A stretch of 64,000 bases of DNA from Bispira polyomma (taxonomy: Eukaryota), in assembly GCA_965649765.1 (NCBI GenBank), contig OZ287749.1, positions 16,120,001-16,184,000 on the forward strand, written 5' to 3'. The notes beneath the pieces were generated by a model that did no database searches, was not told the origin of the DNA, and saw only the letters and a program-made list of their open reading frames with translations. The position numbers were made by a program, and so were the translations under genes. Below are positions 49,001 through 60,400 of the stretch, piece after piece. Within the stretch, counting starts at the first letter, position 1, and each line of letters starts with the position of its first letter.

Positions 49001-50288
49001 GGTTTACTCTTTCATCTTTATTCCTGGATGCATTATAACTGTTGTTACTTATTAAGTTATTACTATAAGCTACACATGGACTTGTGTATACTATTTAGGA
49101 AAGTGAGAAATGGAGTGTACAATTGATGACAAAACAATTTCCAAACAACCGAGTATTGCAAAAATACACTAATACAGTTTAACCACTTTTAGTATAACCT
49201 GAAGGGACCAAGAAAAATACCTCTACTTGCCTTTGTGGGACTACAGATTTTTCCCAACTAAAAAGAAAATTAACTTATTAAAGTTCTATACTTAAAAGGG
49301 TTTGACTGCATAAAGTTCATCAGAGGAATGTAAATATCTCTTCAATAAAAGATACTCACCTTCACAATTGGAGAAAAAATAGAGAATATTTGATACATTT
49401 GTACACTTTGTATTTTCTGGGTAGTAGACTAGTAGTAAATGTAGCACAAGACGTATGACGCTATTAATATACAAATTTATACTGTTATATTCAAATATTT
49501 CTTGACATACAAAATAAGGTTCTAGCTTGTTTCCATGCTGCTTGATTTGGCTCATAAATTCCTGTCCTGATTGTATCTTGACATCATCTCGATCTATGCA
49601 TAAATTAAAGAAATAAATTTCCCACACTGCTTTGTTTGCTGGAGGTAATCGCATTCACCATATCTGTTACATAAAAGTACAACAGGCAGTGTATATTAAA
49701 ACATTAACCATTAAACCTTATCTAAATTGTTGCTAAATTGACTCTATACTAAATTCTATTCACATTCAAAAGAGTATCAGAAACATCAAAATCTGAGAGC
49801 TAAAAATAAATTAATATAAACCTATATATTAGATTTACATCAATATTAATTTTATACCAATATTGTACAACTTTACTTTAGTCTTCTAGCAAAGACACAA
49901 GGGACCTTTTCAAACCTGGAATTTATATGATACATACTTCCAAATTTATAAAAGTCCTCCGCATGAGATTATCAGCGAAAAACATCAGATGAAAGACAAG
50001 GTAAAATGTATATTAACTGATGCCCTTGCACATCATAACACATAGTGAACAATGGAACTTCAAACTCAATCTCACATACTACTTTCTAGTGATAAATATG
50101 GTTCAAATATTATTCCCATTTCCATTAATGGGAAACATAAAAATCACTTCAGACATGTGCACAACTGAAAGTACATTTATACAATTTCCATTCTAAAATC
50201 TGTTTTACCTATTATTAAAAAAGATACATCTCTTTTTGGCAAGAACTGTACCAGTATCACCAAGCACCAGTATTTCAGACAATGTCAT
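31512..50288 (-). CDS. AP4M1: AP-4 complex subunit mu; 12 coding exons, 1329 nt, 442 aa
   Basis: All 11 introns are GT-AG with matching phases; translation follows recalled AP4M1 along its length (KNFVLLHEILDE, DFGYVQLTST, NEIFIDVVER, FHSSV, LPFRL, LKLRCEIP, SQQLGGPEQSAE, LGPVVMDFEI, KRWVRYIT). Confidence 0.92.
31740..31995 (-). mobile_element. tRNA-derived SINE-like element
   Basis: Minus strand GTCTAGTGGTTAGGGCG (A-box-like) followed by CCCCGGTTTAACTCC (B-box-like). Confidence 0.5.
33567..33755. mobile_element. Tc1/mariner (pogo/Tigger-like) MITE
   Basis: TA|CAGTAGAGCCTCTATT ... AATAGAGGTTTTACTG|TA. Confidence 0.7.
33764..33881 (-). CDS. AP4M1: AP4M1 coding exon 11
   Basis: SVSQQLGGPEQSAEFKVKDSLIVWRVNKMEGKGEESSHFI; 118 nt. 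Confidence 0.92.
34711..34809 (-). CDS. AP4M1: AP4M1 coding exon 10
   Basis: KDVEVGLKLRCEIPSNCKAVKIVLQVPVPKLVT; 99 nt. Confidence 0.92.
35029..35195. mobile_element. Tc1/mariner (pogo/Tigger-like) MITE; related copies or ends at ~21783, 24030, 33368, 35213-35403, 35905, 42870, 43313
   Basis: TIR TA|CAGTAGAACCTCTATTATCTAAAC ... GTTTGGATAATAGAGGTTCTACTG|TA. Confidence 0.8.
35588..35901. mobile_element. PIF/Harbinger-like MITE (314 bp) with CTG TSD
   Basis: Perfect TIR GGGCCGTATTCACTAACAAGTGAAAT / ATTTCACTTGTTAGTGAATACGGCCC; CTG at 35585-35587 and 35902-35904. Confidence 0.85.
36115..36206 (-). CDS. AP4M1: AP4M1 coding exon 9
   Basis: FPLMTYRINKDLVHGLPFRLSSYVNKAACS; 92 nt. Confidence 0.9.
36797..39493 (-). 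mobile_element. 5'-truncated Tx1/L1 LINE in AP4M1 intron 8, same orientation as the gene, frameshifted ORF2
   Basis: ORFs 38933..39406, 37875..38936 (RGCKQGDP, TQFADDTT), 37655..38050, 37062..37637 (CLIC..HLFYYC); poly(A) ~36797-36812; candidate TSD ATTTTA at 36791-36796 and 39494-39499. Confidence 0.92.
41758..41864 (-). CDS. AP4M1: AP4M1 coding exon 8
   Basis: GFGEQIFIDDFKFHSSVKTDALKSENMISVNPPEGM; 107 nt. Confidence 0.93.
41925..42115 (+). repeat. Degenerate ~20-bp minisatellite (ACCAATAAYGYATCA..)
   Basis: About 9 imperfect CCAATAA-anchored units. Confidence 0.7.
42768..43508 (+). repeat. Near-identical ~295-bp direct duplication separated by a copy of 40831-40969
   Basis: 42768-43063 matches 43212-43508; 43068-43206 matches 40831-40969. 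Confidence 0.92.
44103..44223 (-). CDS. AP4M1: AP4M1 coding exon 7
   Basis: GIPIHCEVQGNIDMKCFLIGAPQVKIGFNEGVTLDKQDIK; 121 nt. Confidence 0.92.
44400..45114 (+). mobile_element. Helentron/HINE-like element with ~150-bp internal repeats
   Basis: Inverted pair AACCCCAGCC (44409-44418) / GGCTGGGGTT (45100-45109); terminal hairpin TAACCTGAGCC-TTTGTT-GGCTGGGGTTA; three ATGGCAAC-containing units; (CCG)n at ~45041-45052. Confidence 0.65.
46228..46368 (-). CDS. AP4M1: AP4M1 coding exon 6
   Basis: FGVEHRMVGSQASNKPVI..HNEIFIDVVERIAATVDTK; 141 nt. Confidence 0.93.
46443..46700 (+). mobile_element. Full-length tRNA-derived SINE
   Basis: A box TGGCCTAGTGG, B-box-like GAATTCGAATCC, GGTTTCTCTG..TTTCCTCC core, (CAAATT)n tail. 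Confidence 0.75.
47130..47231 (-). CDS. AP4M1: AP4M1 coding exon 5
   Basis: DFGYVQLTSTDKMKPYIQSNPVLTKTPENKSTGL; 102 nt. Confidence 0.93.
47710..47806 (-). CDS. AP4M1: AP4M1 coding exon 4
   Basis: RLYELCRDMFGVVSEESLRKNFVLLHEILDEFI; 97 nt. Confidence 0.93.
48849..48955 (-). CDS. AP4M1: AP4M1 coding exon 3
   Basis: VIKGVHFYFIKRHRIYFVAISAQKADPVYRIELIS; 107 nt. Confidence 0.9.
49511..49593 (-). CDS. AP4M1: AP4M1 coding exon 2
   Basis: (Y)RDDVKIQSGQEFMSQIKQHGNKLEPYF; 83 nt, phase 1 to 0. Confidence 0.8.
50228..50288 (-). CDS. AP4M1: AP4M1 coding exon 1
   Basis: CAAAATG; MTLSEILVLGDTGTVLAKKR-T|GTATCTTT; 61 nt. Confidence 0.8.
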
Positions 50289-51234
50289 TTTGATGGCATA
50301 CTACTATAACACTGCTCTGAAACATTAAAATATATAAAATGCATGTTAAGGATGATCACTGCCATTTTATACCTGACATCAGAACAGTATTTTTTAAGGA
50401 ACAATACAACAGCATCCCCAGACACGAGGTAATAGCATCAGTGATGCAAACCCAATAAGTCAGGGCGTTCCTGCAGTGCAGTAAACCATACAATACAATG
50501 TGTTATAAAGTATGGTTCTCCGTGCCATATGACAAGTCAATAAAAATTGTAAAGTACAGATCAATGGCATTATAATACTTATGACGCAGTACGAACAAAC
50601 TTATTTTATTCAGGATTAGTCATTTTAAGCTGAGGTTATATGCAAGGATTTCTGTCATTTTACAAAATGTTATTGACCTTGTTAAGAGGACAATACAATA
50701 TAATACGACATTACTAAAGCAAATATGTGTACATATATGACATAACAGAATTATTTCCATTAATAGGGAACATAAAAATCACTTCAGAAAAAATATATTA
50801 AAATGTCAATTCTCAGTTATTATTCCAAATAATAGCCTTAGATTAAGATATATGATGCATAAGTATTGGTTCTTTGTAAATATATTTACTTAATCATTAA
50901 AGGATAACATTCCCATTAAACTTTTATACAAGCACAATATTTTGCAAAATCAAAAATGCCGATTTTTAATTAATTACTTATAAAATACTGTAGGTAAAAA
51001 TTTCAGAAAAACATAATGAGAAAGTTTATTATATTGCCATTACTATAGTATTTTTTGCATCAAAATCCCTTGCAAAATGACCCGAGATATTAAATTTTAA
51101 ATATGGGTACCCATGTTACATTGGTTGTTGGCTGCACATTTGCCATACGCAGGTGCTACTTGTTTATGTGCCGTATACAAGACTGGAAGATTGTAACTAC
51201 GGCTGCGCAATCAGATCTACGAACTGACTTATAG

Positions 51235-51465
51235 ATAGACGTGGTTACTGTGGTTAACATCAGTCTGCAGTCTAATAGCCGTGGCGCGAGCCCACACAGA
51301 ACTGGAGATTTCTTAAAACAGAAAACCAAAAATGCAAAAACTTAAAAAAGCTTGAAAAAAATATAAAAAAATTTCGAAAAGTTTTTAGAAATCTCCAGTT
51401 CTATGTGGGCTCGTTCCACGGCTATAAGACAGCAGACTGACGTTAGCCGCGGTAACCACGTCTAG
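51235..51465. mobile_element. Fold-back MITE with ~85-bp inverted arms and an A-rich spacer
   Basis: TAGACGTGGTTAC..CAGAACTGGAGATTTCT versus AGAAATCTCCAGTTCT..GTAACCACGTCTA; flanking direct repeat CTTATAG at 51228-51234 and 51466-51472. Confidence 0.8.
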
Positions 51466-52829
51466 CTTATAGGAGGATTAACCTGGAAATACACCTCTCA
51501 GTGAAAATCTCTCAGTGTCTGATATCGTACAAGATATCAGATATATGGTTAAAAATACACCCCTCAGTGATTTTTTTTTCCTGTCAGATATTGTGTCAGA
51601 TTTTTGTTGTATTTGTTATTCCGATAAGCCAATAACTCAGAAATTATTAAACCTAATTTTTTTTTCAAATATAGTGGAAAAGTTTATTTTATTGTGGTTA
51701 TTGTCCTTTTTGTTGCATCAAAAATTCGTTAAGAAATGGTTGAGATATTTAACTTTAAAGATGGGTAGCCATTTCATATTTGTCTACGTTTACCATCTTC
51801 AGTTTCTCACCTTCCTTTATTTGTAAGTTTTCACTACATATAATGTAACGTTTAACAAATGAATGACATCAATCCCATTTGATATTGCATCAGTGAAACA
51901 AAAAATTCGCTCCATGAGCGAATTTTCACGTGTACGGACACGGACAGCTTAAAAAAGCACGGATCACGTATGATGGCGGTTACTGAAAGGTGTATTTTTA
52001 AAAAGAGAATATGTAAGGATCTATATTTCATGCTCACGGACCCGTGTACTGATCGTGCCATATCGCAGAGGTGTATTTCCAGGTTTAAACATAATATTGA
52101 GCGCCCCCTCACACCCCGATCCATATTTCCCCATTTGATTTGTACAGCGCCGCTTGCACCACCCCCTCCCTTAAGATTTCCCTAATTGATTTGCACGCCA
52201 CAGCTTGCGCCGGCCTACCCCCTAAGCTACACAAACCTTCAATTATCGCCCACACTATGGAGGTACCTGGACTACAGGCATCTGTAAATCTTAAGGCTTA
52301 TTTTACAAACGACGCGAATTTTTCGTTGTGGTTTTGTAACTATAATAGGCATATAATAGTTCTTATGCCTCACAATTAATGCACATTTTAAAAATAATTT
52401 TACCTTTCTATAAAGTACCGGAAACTGTACAGACGACGGGGCAGGTTTGCAAGACCATTTTTTGTTCTGTCAAGGGTATGACCTCCGTCAAGTCCGTAAC
52501 TATTTGCATTTAAAAAAAAAAACTTAAAAAAGCGGAAACTTTTTTTTTTGTGTGTGTACGGTCTGTGCTTTTCCAATAGACCAATTTAATTACTCATAGT
52601 TCAGTTTGAGGGTTTAAACCATAGAATTTCAATTTTAAAAAGTAGTTACACTTGGTCTATTTCATTTATTGTTTCTGTGCCCTGTGAATTGACTGCATTT
52701 TTTAACCTTCATTGTATAAGCAATAATATACAAAGCTAAGACAAACTCTTAATCAGCTTCTAACATCTCTGATGAATACAATATTTTCAAAATATTGGCC
52801 TCTATCAACAAAATTCTAAAATTCTATTC

Positions 52830-54212
52830 AGTACACCCTCCGAGCAGGATGTTCTCAAACTCATAAAATCTTCTCCTATAAAGTCTTGTGATTTAAATCC
52901 TATCCCAGCAGTTATTCTAAATCAATGCCTTGACATTCTAGTCACACCCATAACTAACATTTTAAATTTTTCTCTTCGGGATGGTGTTTTTCCCACCTGT
53001 TTTAAGACTGCAAATGTAACTCACTTGATAACGGTGTCAAACCTCAGCTTCGTCTCAAAATTTATTGAGAAAGCTGTAGCACAACAAATTTCTGACCACT
53101 TAAACAGACAAAACATCAAAAACCGTCACCAATCTGCTTACAGAAAATTCCACTCTTCAGAAAGTGCTCTTTTTTTCTATCAGCAATGATATCTATCTTG
53201 TACTGGACTGCAATGAAACAGTGGCCCTCACCCTTCTGGATCTTTCAGCAGCATTTGACACCATTGATCATGGCTTGCTCTGTGACACTCTCAAGCAGTG
53301 GTTTGGAATAAATGGCAGTGTCATTAAATGGATCAGATCCTACCTTACTCTTAGAGCACAAAGAATTAAATTAGATGATCACCTATCCTCTACCATAAAC
53401 TTACCATGTGGAGTACCCCAGGGATCCGTCCTTGGGCCTCTACTTTTCACCCTTTGTACACATCCTCTCAGCACTGTCATCAATAATCATAATATAAAAC
53501 ACCACATGTATATAGATGACTCTCAAGTCTATCTCTCTCTCAAGCCTCAAAAGTCAAATAAAAATATTAACCTACTTGCAGACTATCTGTCCGATGTCCA
53601 GACTTGGATGAACTACTCCAAACTAAAACTGAACCCAGACAAAACGGAATTCATTCTCATTGGAAATAAGAAAAACAGTGAATTCTTAAAATCTTTGTTT
53701 CCCATCATCCTTCTGGGAAAAGACATACTACCTTCCTAAAATGCCAAAAGCCTGGGTGTCACTTTCACTACACTGGCTGCCCATTCGCTCTCGTATTTTG
53801 TTCAAGATTCACGTTACCACTTTTAAGGCTGAAGTCACTCAACAGCCCTCCTACTTTGCTTCCCTTCTCTCCTTCAGTCACCGTAAGAGGGGCAACAGAC
53901 TGTATGTTATTTCGGTCAGACCCATCAGGAAGGCAGCATCCAGAGCATTCTCCATTGCAGCTGCCTTGTTATGGAACAAACTCCCAGTTGACCTCAGATC
54001 AGTGGATACACTCATCAGTTTTAGGAAAAAGCTTAAAACCTATCTTTTTAACCGTGCCTACCCACCTTAGCTTCCCCCGTACACGATCCGACTTCTTTCC
54101 TTACGACTTTGCTATGCCCATGGACTTTACGATTGGATCAATGATTCTGCTGTTGCACTTTAGAAGATGCCTAGCATCAATAAAGCGCATTAAAAATTCA
54201 TCATAATAATGA
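52830..54212 (+). mobile_element. L2/CR1-group LINE, 5'-truncated, internally deleted, decayed
   Basis: LLDLSAAFDTIDH, GVPQGSVLGPLLF, MYIDDSQ, KLKLNPDKTEF, end KTYLFNRAYPP*; (TAA)n tail. Confidence 0.9.
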
Positions 54213-54499
54213 TAAATGGTCATGTTTATATTGTTATGTTTACTTGGAAATTGCATATGAAAACAATATTAAATGTTATAAATTAAGTTACTGTTTTAAT
54301 AGACGTTTATGTTTAAGATATAAATATTTAACTAATGAAACTACATGTAATTAGCACAAATCCATATCATACTCAACACAAAAACTAAATACTTATAGGT
54401 TTCAATGGTTCAAAAGTATTATATCTTCACAAATTGTTTGTGTCATTCTATTAAATTCCTTGATTATACTCTTTATTTGTCCTCACTCTTTAAGTCTAG

Positions 54500-54810
54500 T
54501 AGCCCTACCCAGGTAAACTACCGCTCCATTTTCTCAACCCAACCAAAAAGGAAAATCAGCAACTTCATTGCTGCCTTGGTTTCTGTTGAATGGAACAAGC
54601 TTCCACAGACTGTCAGATTACAGGATACTACCACATACATTTTCAGATTTGCCTACCTCCTCCTTATAAGAGTCTCTTTCCTGGTGAATGCTTTTTGGTA
54701 ACTGCCCTTTGCTTGCCATGGACCTTTCCTTTTTGGATATCAGTGGCTTTGGTATGTTTTCACCAATTTGGCGCTCTATCAAGGCTTTAATTAATATTAA
54801 TTATTATATA
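54500..54810 (+). mobile_element. Decayed L2/CR1-group 3' fragment
   Basis: EWNKLPQTVRLQDT; frameshifted TYIFRFAYL. Confidence 0.55.
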
Positions 54811-55009
54811 TTGACAAAAAAACTTTAGATCTGACTGCAATAAAATTATTTGTGTATTCGAACTTACAATGGTAATTGAAAATGTCTTATCTTTAATGGT
54901 ATTTCAATTATAAATATTTGAGTGTAAATTAACTTTAAAATTTTAATTACAATTGCAACGAAATATTTTCAATTACAACTACAATTACACCACTAGGTCA
55001 CTAGGAGTT

Positions 55010-56826
55010 CTGTGGGGCCTTGCGGTTAGAGTGCCAGACTTGGATCTGAGTGATCTTAGAGCTTCGGTTCGATCCTCGCTGCAGGCATACCCTTGAAAAA
55101 AAGTGCTTTACACAAGTTGTCCCCGCCTTTGATTGGAGTACTGAAGAATTTTCCTTATTAGGTCTGGATTTGAAAAAAATACCTAATGTGAACTATTGAA
55201 AAGCTATTGACAAAATAAAGAAAATCTTTTCTAGTTGGAAAACCAGACAATTAACTCCACTAGGTAAAACTCAATAATAAAAACACTGATTCTTAGAAAG
55301 TTAAACCATTTATTCGTGTCAATTCTTCTGCCAAGTAGACAATTCTATTCCAAAGAGTTTAATGATTTATTATATAATTTTTTGTGGGATGACAAACCTG
55401 ATAAAATTAATCGTATCCAAATTAGTCAAGATTACAGTAATGGTGGACTCAAAATGATTAACATTGAAAACTTTGTTAAAGCGTTAAAAAGCACTTGGAT
55501 CAGAAAACTGCTGAAATCACAGGAATCACAATGGTCAAAACTTTTTGAAATAACACAATGTCCAATAAACAATATGACAGACTTTGGTTCATATTGGTGT
55601 ACTATTACAATCAAAAGTAAGTAATGAATTTTGGAAAGACATATTACAAATTTGTGCATCTTTATTTGACCATACAATGGAACGTAATAAGGATACAATC
55701 TTGAATACACCTTTATGGTACAACAAAATGATTACAAAAATATATCTTTACAAACAAAAATGGCATGGGAGAGGTATAACAGTTCAAGGTGACATTCTAC
55801 AAAGTAAAAGTACACTGTTGAGCAAACAAACAATCGAGTCTATGTATAATGTATCTAACATAAATTTCTTGAAGTATTATCAAGAAAAAACAGATATTAC
55901 CAAATTTTTTAAGAAAAATAATGGACCTGTTTTGCCAAGGTGTGAAAGACCAAAAATACCTAATCCTCTGTCCCTGGTTATCCAAGGTAAAAGGGGTTGC
56001 AAAAATATTTACAATGAAATCAATAAAAAAAAAAGTTCTTCCAAGTATGGGCAAAAATGGCAAGGAAATTTAGATTTAGAAATAGACGCATTTACTACTG
56101 AGGTTAATTTTGATCCAAAGCAAATTATATTGGGTACTCTTAGCAATGATAGAAATAAATTCTTTCCAATCAACCTTATTACAATAGCAACTAAGCATTG
56201 TATTATCCCAAGTGCTATAAAGAAAAAAAAATTAGACATTCATACCCTAAAAAAAACTTGAACATATATACCAAAACAAATATTATGTATATAAAAACAA
56301 AAGAAGGGAAGATACAATTCAATAAATTTGTTCAAACATGAAGACGCTCTTTAATGTAAATATATAGAAGATGTATAATTGGGATTGATAGTATTGGGAT
56401 GTATTTGACTGTATTTCCTTATTAATTTTTGTTTTTCTAGTACAGTAACTATTGTTTGACTATTATGTATTTACAAATGTAATTGTTTTAGTCTATTTTC
56501 TTTATCTACTAAATCATGCATGTACGATCATTTATATATGTTTCTATTTATGTACTTGTAATTATATGATATATTATATGCTGTGTGAAATTGGAGAATA
56601 ATGAAACGAAAATAAAAAAACCAAACCAGGTGTATAAATAGTTACCTAACCGCTAATGGGTGTTAATATTAGTGCAGCACATGTGGCAGCATGGCTAGTA
56701 TGCTTCCTGAGGGAGCTGAGACTGAACAATTGGTTGACAAGTGGAAGAACTCAGGCTAGAGGTGTAAACTGTCAAGTCGGCTGAGACCTCAATTGACGTG
56801 ATATCAGACTATAAACCTACACACAC
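55010..56826 (+). mobile_element. Deu/Nin-domain-like tRNA SINE split by a Tx1 LINE
   Basis: Head 55010-55127 (GGCCTTGCGG, GGTTCGATCC, GCTTTACACAAGTT); continuation 56626-56826 (CCAGGTGTATAAATAGTTACC, GGCTAGTATGCTTCCTGAGGGAGCTGAG). Confidence 0.55.
55128..56620 (+). mobile_element. Tx1/L1 LINE 3' fragment (decayed) with poly(A)
   Basis: WKTRQLTPLGK, FLWDDKPDKINR, DYSNGGLKMINIENF, PLWYN; A-tail ~56609-56620. Confidence 0.85.
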
Positions 56827-56925
56827 ATTGACTCCTCATATGTACATTGTTTTTCAAAAAATAACGCTGGTTCAGGGAATGTTGAAATTGCATGCATGGT
56901 CGTTTTATATCTAACAAGTATCTTG

Positions 56926-57232
56926 GGGCCGTATTCACAAACAAGTGAATTCCTAACTTAGATTTCAAGTATTGTGGCAATTTTTTACTAACTTAGATCC
57001 AAGTGGTATTTAAGAAAGAAAATTTACTTACTTTGGAGCAAAAACTTACTTAGATTTCATGTAAGCAGATGCGGTACCTTAGATTTCTTTCCTAACTTGG
57101 ATTCTAAGTAAAACCTAAATCAGTAGTTTTTTACTTGTTTTTGAATACCACTTATAAGGAAATCTTTGGTGAAATTTACTTACTTTAGAAAGTAAGTGGT
57201 ATTATTTTTCACTTGTTGATGAATACACGGGC
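56926..57232. mobile_element. Second copy (inverted) of the Harbinger-like MITE, immediately upstream of eIF4A3
   Basis: Reverse-complement similar to 35588-35901; left TIR GGGCCGTATTCACAAACAAGTGAA, right TIR degenerate. Confidence 0.8.
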
Positions 57233-57335
57233 TAAAAATCGCACCGAATTTCCCTCAACCTGTTATTAAACTGGTGCCCGAACATCAGTTCGTTAACAAA
57301 ATAAACCCAGTTTTAGGTCACCTGACAAAACAAGG

Positions 57336-57474
57336 ATGGCGTCGAGACGTGTGCAAGAGATTGCTGAAGATTTGAAAAATATAGAGTTTGAAACAAGTGA
57401 AGAAGTAGATGTTACGCCTACGTTTGATTCTATGAGTCTCAGAGAGGACCTTTTAAGAGGAATTTATGCATATG
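57336..57474 (+). CDS. EIF4A3: eIF4A3 exon 1
   Basis: [22 protein letters not shown]|GT; 139 nt. Confidence 0.92.
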
Positions 57475-60400
57475 GTATTCATACTTGGACTGATTTTACT
57501 CATGAAAATATTTCGACGAACTTTAAACGTTTTCACATCACAATTTTTCCAATTAAAGGCAATTTTTTTCAACATCGAAGCATGTCCTATTGTTATTTAT
57601 ACTTTGTATAACTTTAATGTCAAGATATTTAGGCCACATTATGCATTTGAAAGTAATCATTTTGAAATATTCTTTTATCGCCCATCTGTAGTAGGCATGC
57701 TGGTGTTGGGTTTGTCTATTTCCCAGAAGGAGCCTTCTTTTGGTGCTCCTTTCGGTGATTCTTTAGTCATTTTCTTTTCATAAATAAGCTATTTTAAGAA
57801 CAGATATCGGTAAATAACTGCAAAGTTTTCTGTTCTCGACAATGCTTCGATTAACTGACTGTACGCTTGTCAAGGGACAGTTCTTTACAATACCTAATCG
57901 TTGTACATGTGTAACGGCAAGTATATCAAAAAAACTATCATCTTTTCATTAAGACTGTGGTTGTATATTGAATAATATGATAGCCGTACACAATATTATG
58001 GTGTTGCAATTTAACTTTGGCGTATTAAACTATTTACGGCAGGGGACGTTTTCGCTCAATATGATACAATAATATTGACAATTCAAAAACTTTATTGTTA
58101 TGAGATTTATCGCTGAATAATCATTTGTGTATTGACCAGGTAATAATTTAAAATAGTAAGCTTTGAATTTGGCTAACGGTGAATTTGCGTCGAAGTTATA
58201 TGTGCACCGAAGTTACATAAAACAACAATAGAACTTACAACTGACCTAAAAGTACTTGATTAATTAAATACAATTAATTAAAAATATTGACGTATATTTC
58301 CCGTTGTACAGTATATAGTAAACTGCTGTTACACATTTACGGCAATACGGTCGGTAAACTAATATATTTCTCTGACGGTAAAATAGAATAAATTATTGAT
58401 GGTGGGTAAAATATAGTTTGTTTAGCCACTTTGTTCTTTTTATCACAAATAAATTCTTTCATAATGGTAATCTAAAACTTGCTCATTATTTATTATAATA
58501 TAACAGATATAATTTTTTATTTAATACTGCTAATAACATTCATTATGCATTGTTGGTGTTTGCAACAAATTCTGTTTTTATTTCACCCTTGTACAGACTA
58601 AATTGCAGAAGGCTGATAGAGATCTAACACGAAAAAGGTTCAAGGTGATGCTTTTAAAGTAACTATTATAATTCAAACGCTTGAAGATTACCCAGGCTTT
58701 ATCTGTGGAATAATTAAGCGTTGTCTTCTGTTTTTCTAGGTTTTGAGAAACCATCAGCTATACAACAAAGATCAATTAAACCAATTGTGAAGGGACGGGA
58801 TGTTATTGCACAGTAAGAAAAATAAATTCTTTGTGTTCAGACAAATACGTATTATGCTGGTACTTGGCCATGTTGATTGATATAAATTTATACAAAATAA
58901 ATTTTTAGTTCTTTATGTCCTATTGATATTGACAGCATAAACAAGGAAACCTTTAAATGGGAAAATAGCTTAATGTTATATTAAATGTATATGGCATTCT
59001 ACCGACATATAAATACTATTGCTGTTACACAACTTTTTGACACCAGGGAGCATTTCAAAATGGCACCAATATGTGGATGGTGCCATTTCCATTCCAAGCT
59101 AGTGTGAAACTATAATATGCTGAAGTTATGTTCAAAATTCTTCAGCAATTATTGTTTATGTTGTTCAATCATTGAGGAAGAAGATCATTTTAACACAGAT
59201 GGATGCAACTTGCCACATTTTTAGTGAGAAGTTGGTTTATAATTCTGCTAAATATGATTTGGCAGAGCACTGTCATTGTAATTAAGCATCCCAAGAAAAA
59301 TGGCACTTCTTTGGGTCAGTATTTCTTTGGATCAGTTTTTCTCGCCACTGCATTATGGTCTTCCTTGAATATGTCTTCTAAAATTATTTGTGGCATTTAT
59401 CTGTAGCCTTCAGGAAAAAAATTTGCCTTTATCAATGTCACTGATCAAAAGGAATGTTTTTTACTTACACTTGCTTGTGACCACTTTTTCTCAGAAAGTA
59501 TTTCCTATAGCTCAACCAAATTTGACATACATATTACTGGCATTTATAGCTCGACACCTGTTAGATCGATGAGGCCATAACTGACTGATTGATTAGTGAT
59601 TAATAACTTTTTTCTAGTTCTGTTTATTCTTTCTGTGTATATTGGAATGAAAAGCAAAACAATCAGTGATATAATATATCGAAATGTAACAGTAAACCAT
59701 GTATCAATTATGTATACAATAACTTTAGTGCTAAAACAAACCCTGGCATGCTGTTTTAAAATGGTCCTGTACATTGCCCCACTTACTTGTGTGTGTGTTT
59801 TTAGGGCACAGTCAGGTACGGGTAAGACTGCCACATTCTCCATCTCCATATTACAAGGACTTGACACACAAGTGAGAGAAACCCAGGCCTTGGTCTTGTC
59901 ACCTACCCGGGAGTTGGCAGTGCAAATACAGAAAGTAAGTCATCATACTTAACATTAGGGCTGTTAAAGAATACTTGAGTACTTATTAAAAAAATAGAGT
60001 ATTAAGTATTTTAGAGTACAAAATTGAGAAAAAGAGTACTCCTTTATTGGTTAAATATGAATATTTTTGCAGATCTTCACATGCAGACAATGTCAGATGA
60101 GTTAATTTCTGATATATTTCAAAGGAAAGTGAGTCATTTTGTAGCATTTATCACTGAAAAGGTGTACTCATTAGAGAGAAGGGTAATAGTGAAAGAGTAC
60201 TAGAATGTTTAAACATGTCTGTCCATTCATCTTGGTACATCTTGGTCAATTCTGTACAGATTAATGTAGATTCTTTCTTTTTGAACACAAGTACATATAA
60301 ACTGTGTTAACTGTTAAAAAAACTTTTAACCAAAATGACATGCATGTATTTGTTTTAGTAGATTCAGTAAATTAATAAATGCGTGTATTATTATTTGGTT

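Noticed and set aside
49360-49428. Candidate AP4M1 exon 2 ending ..SPIVK|GTGAGT
   Set aside because: Start phase incompatible with exon 1 and poor similarity; 49511-49593 fits the family sequence and phases. A cryptic donor cannot be excluded.
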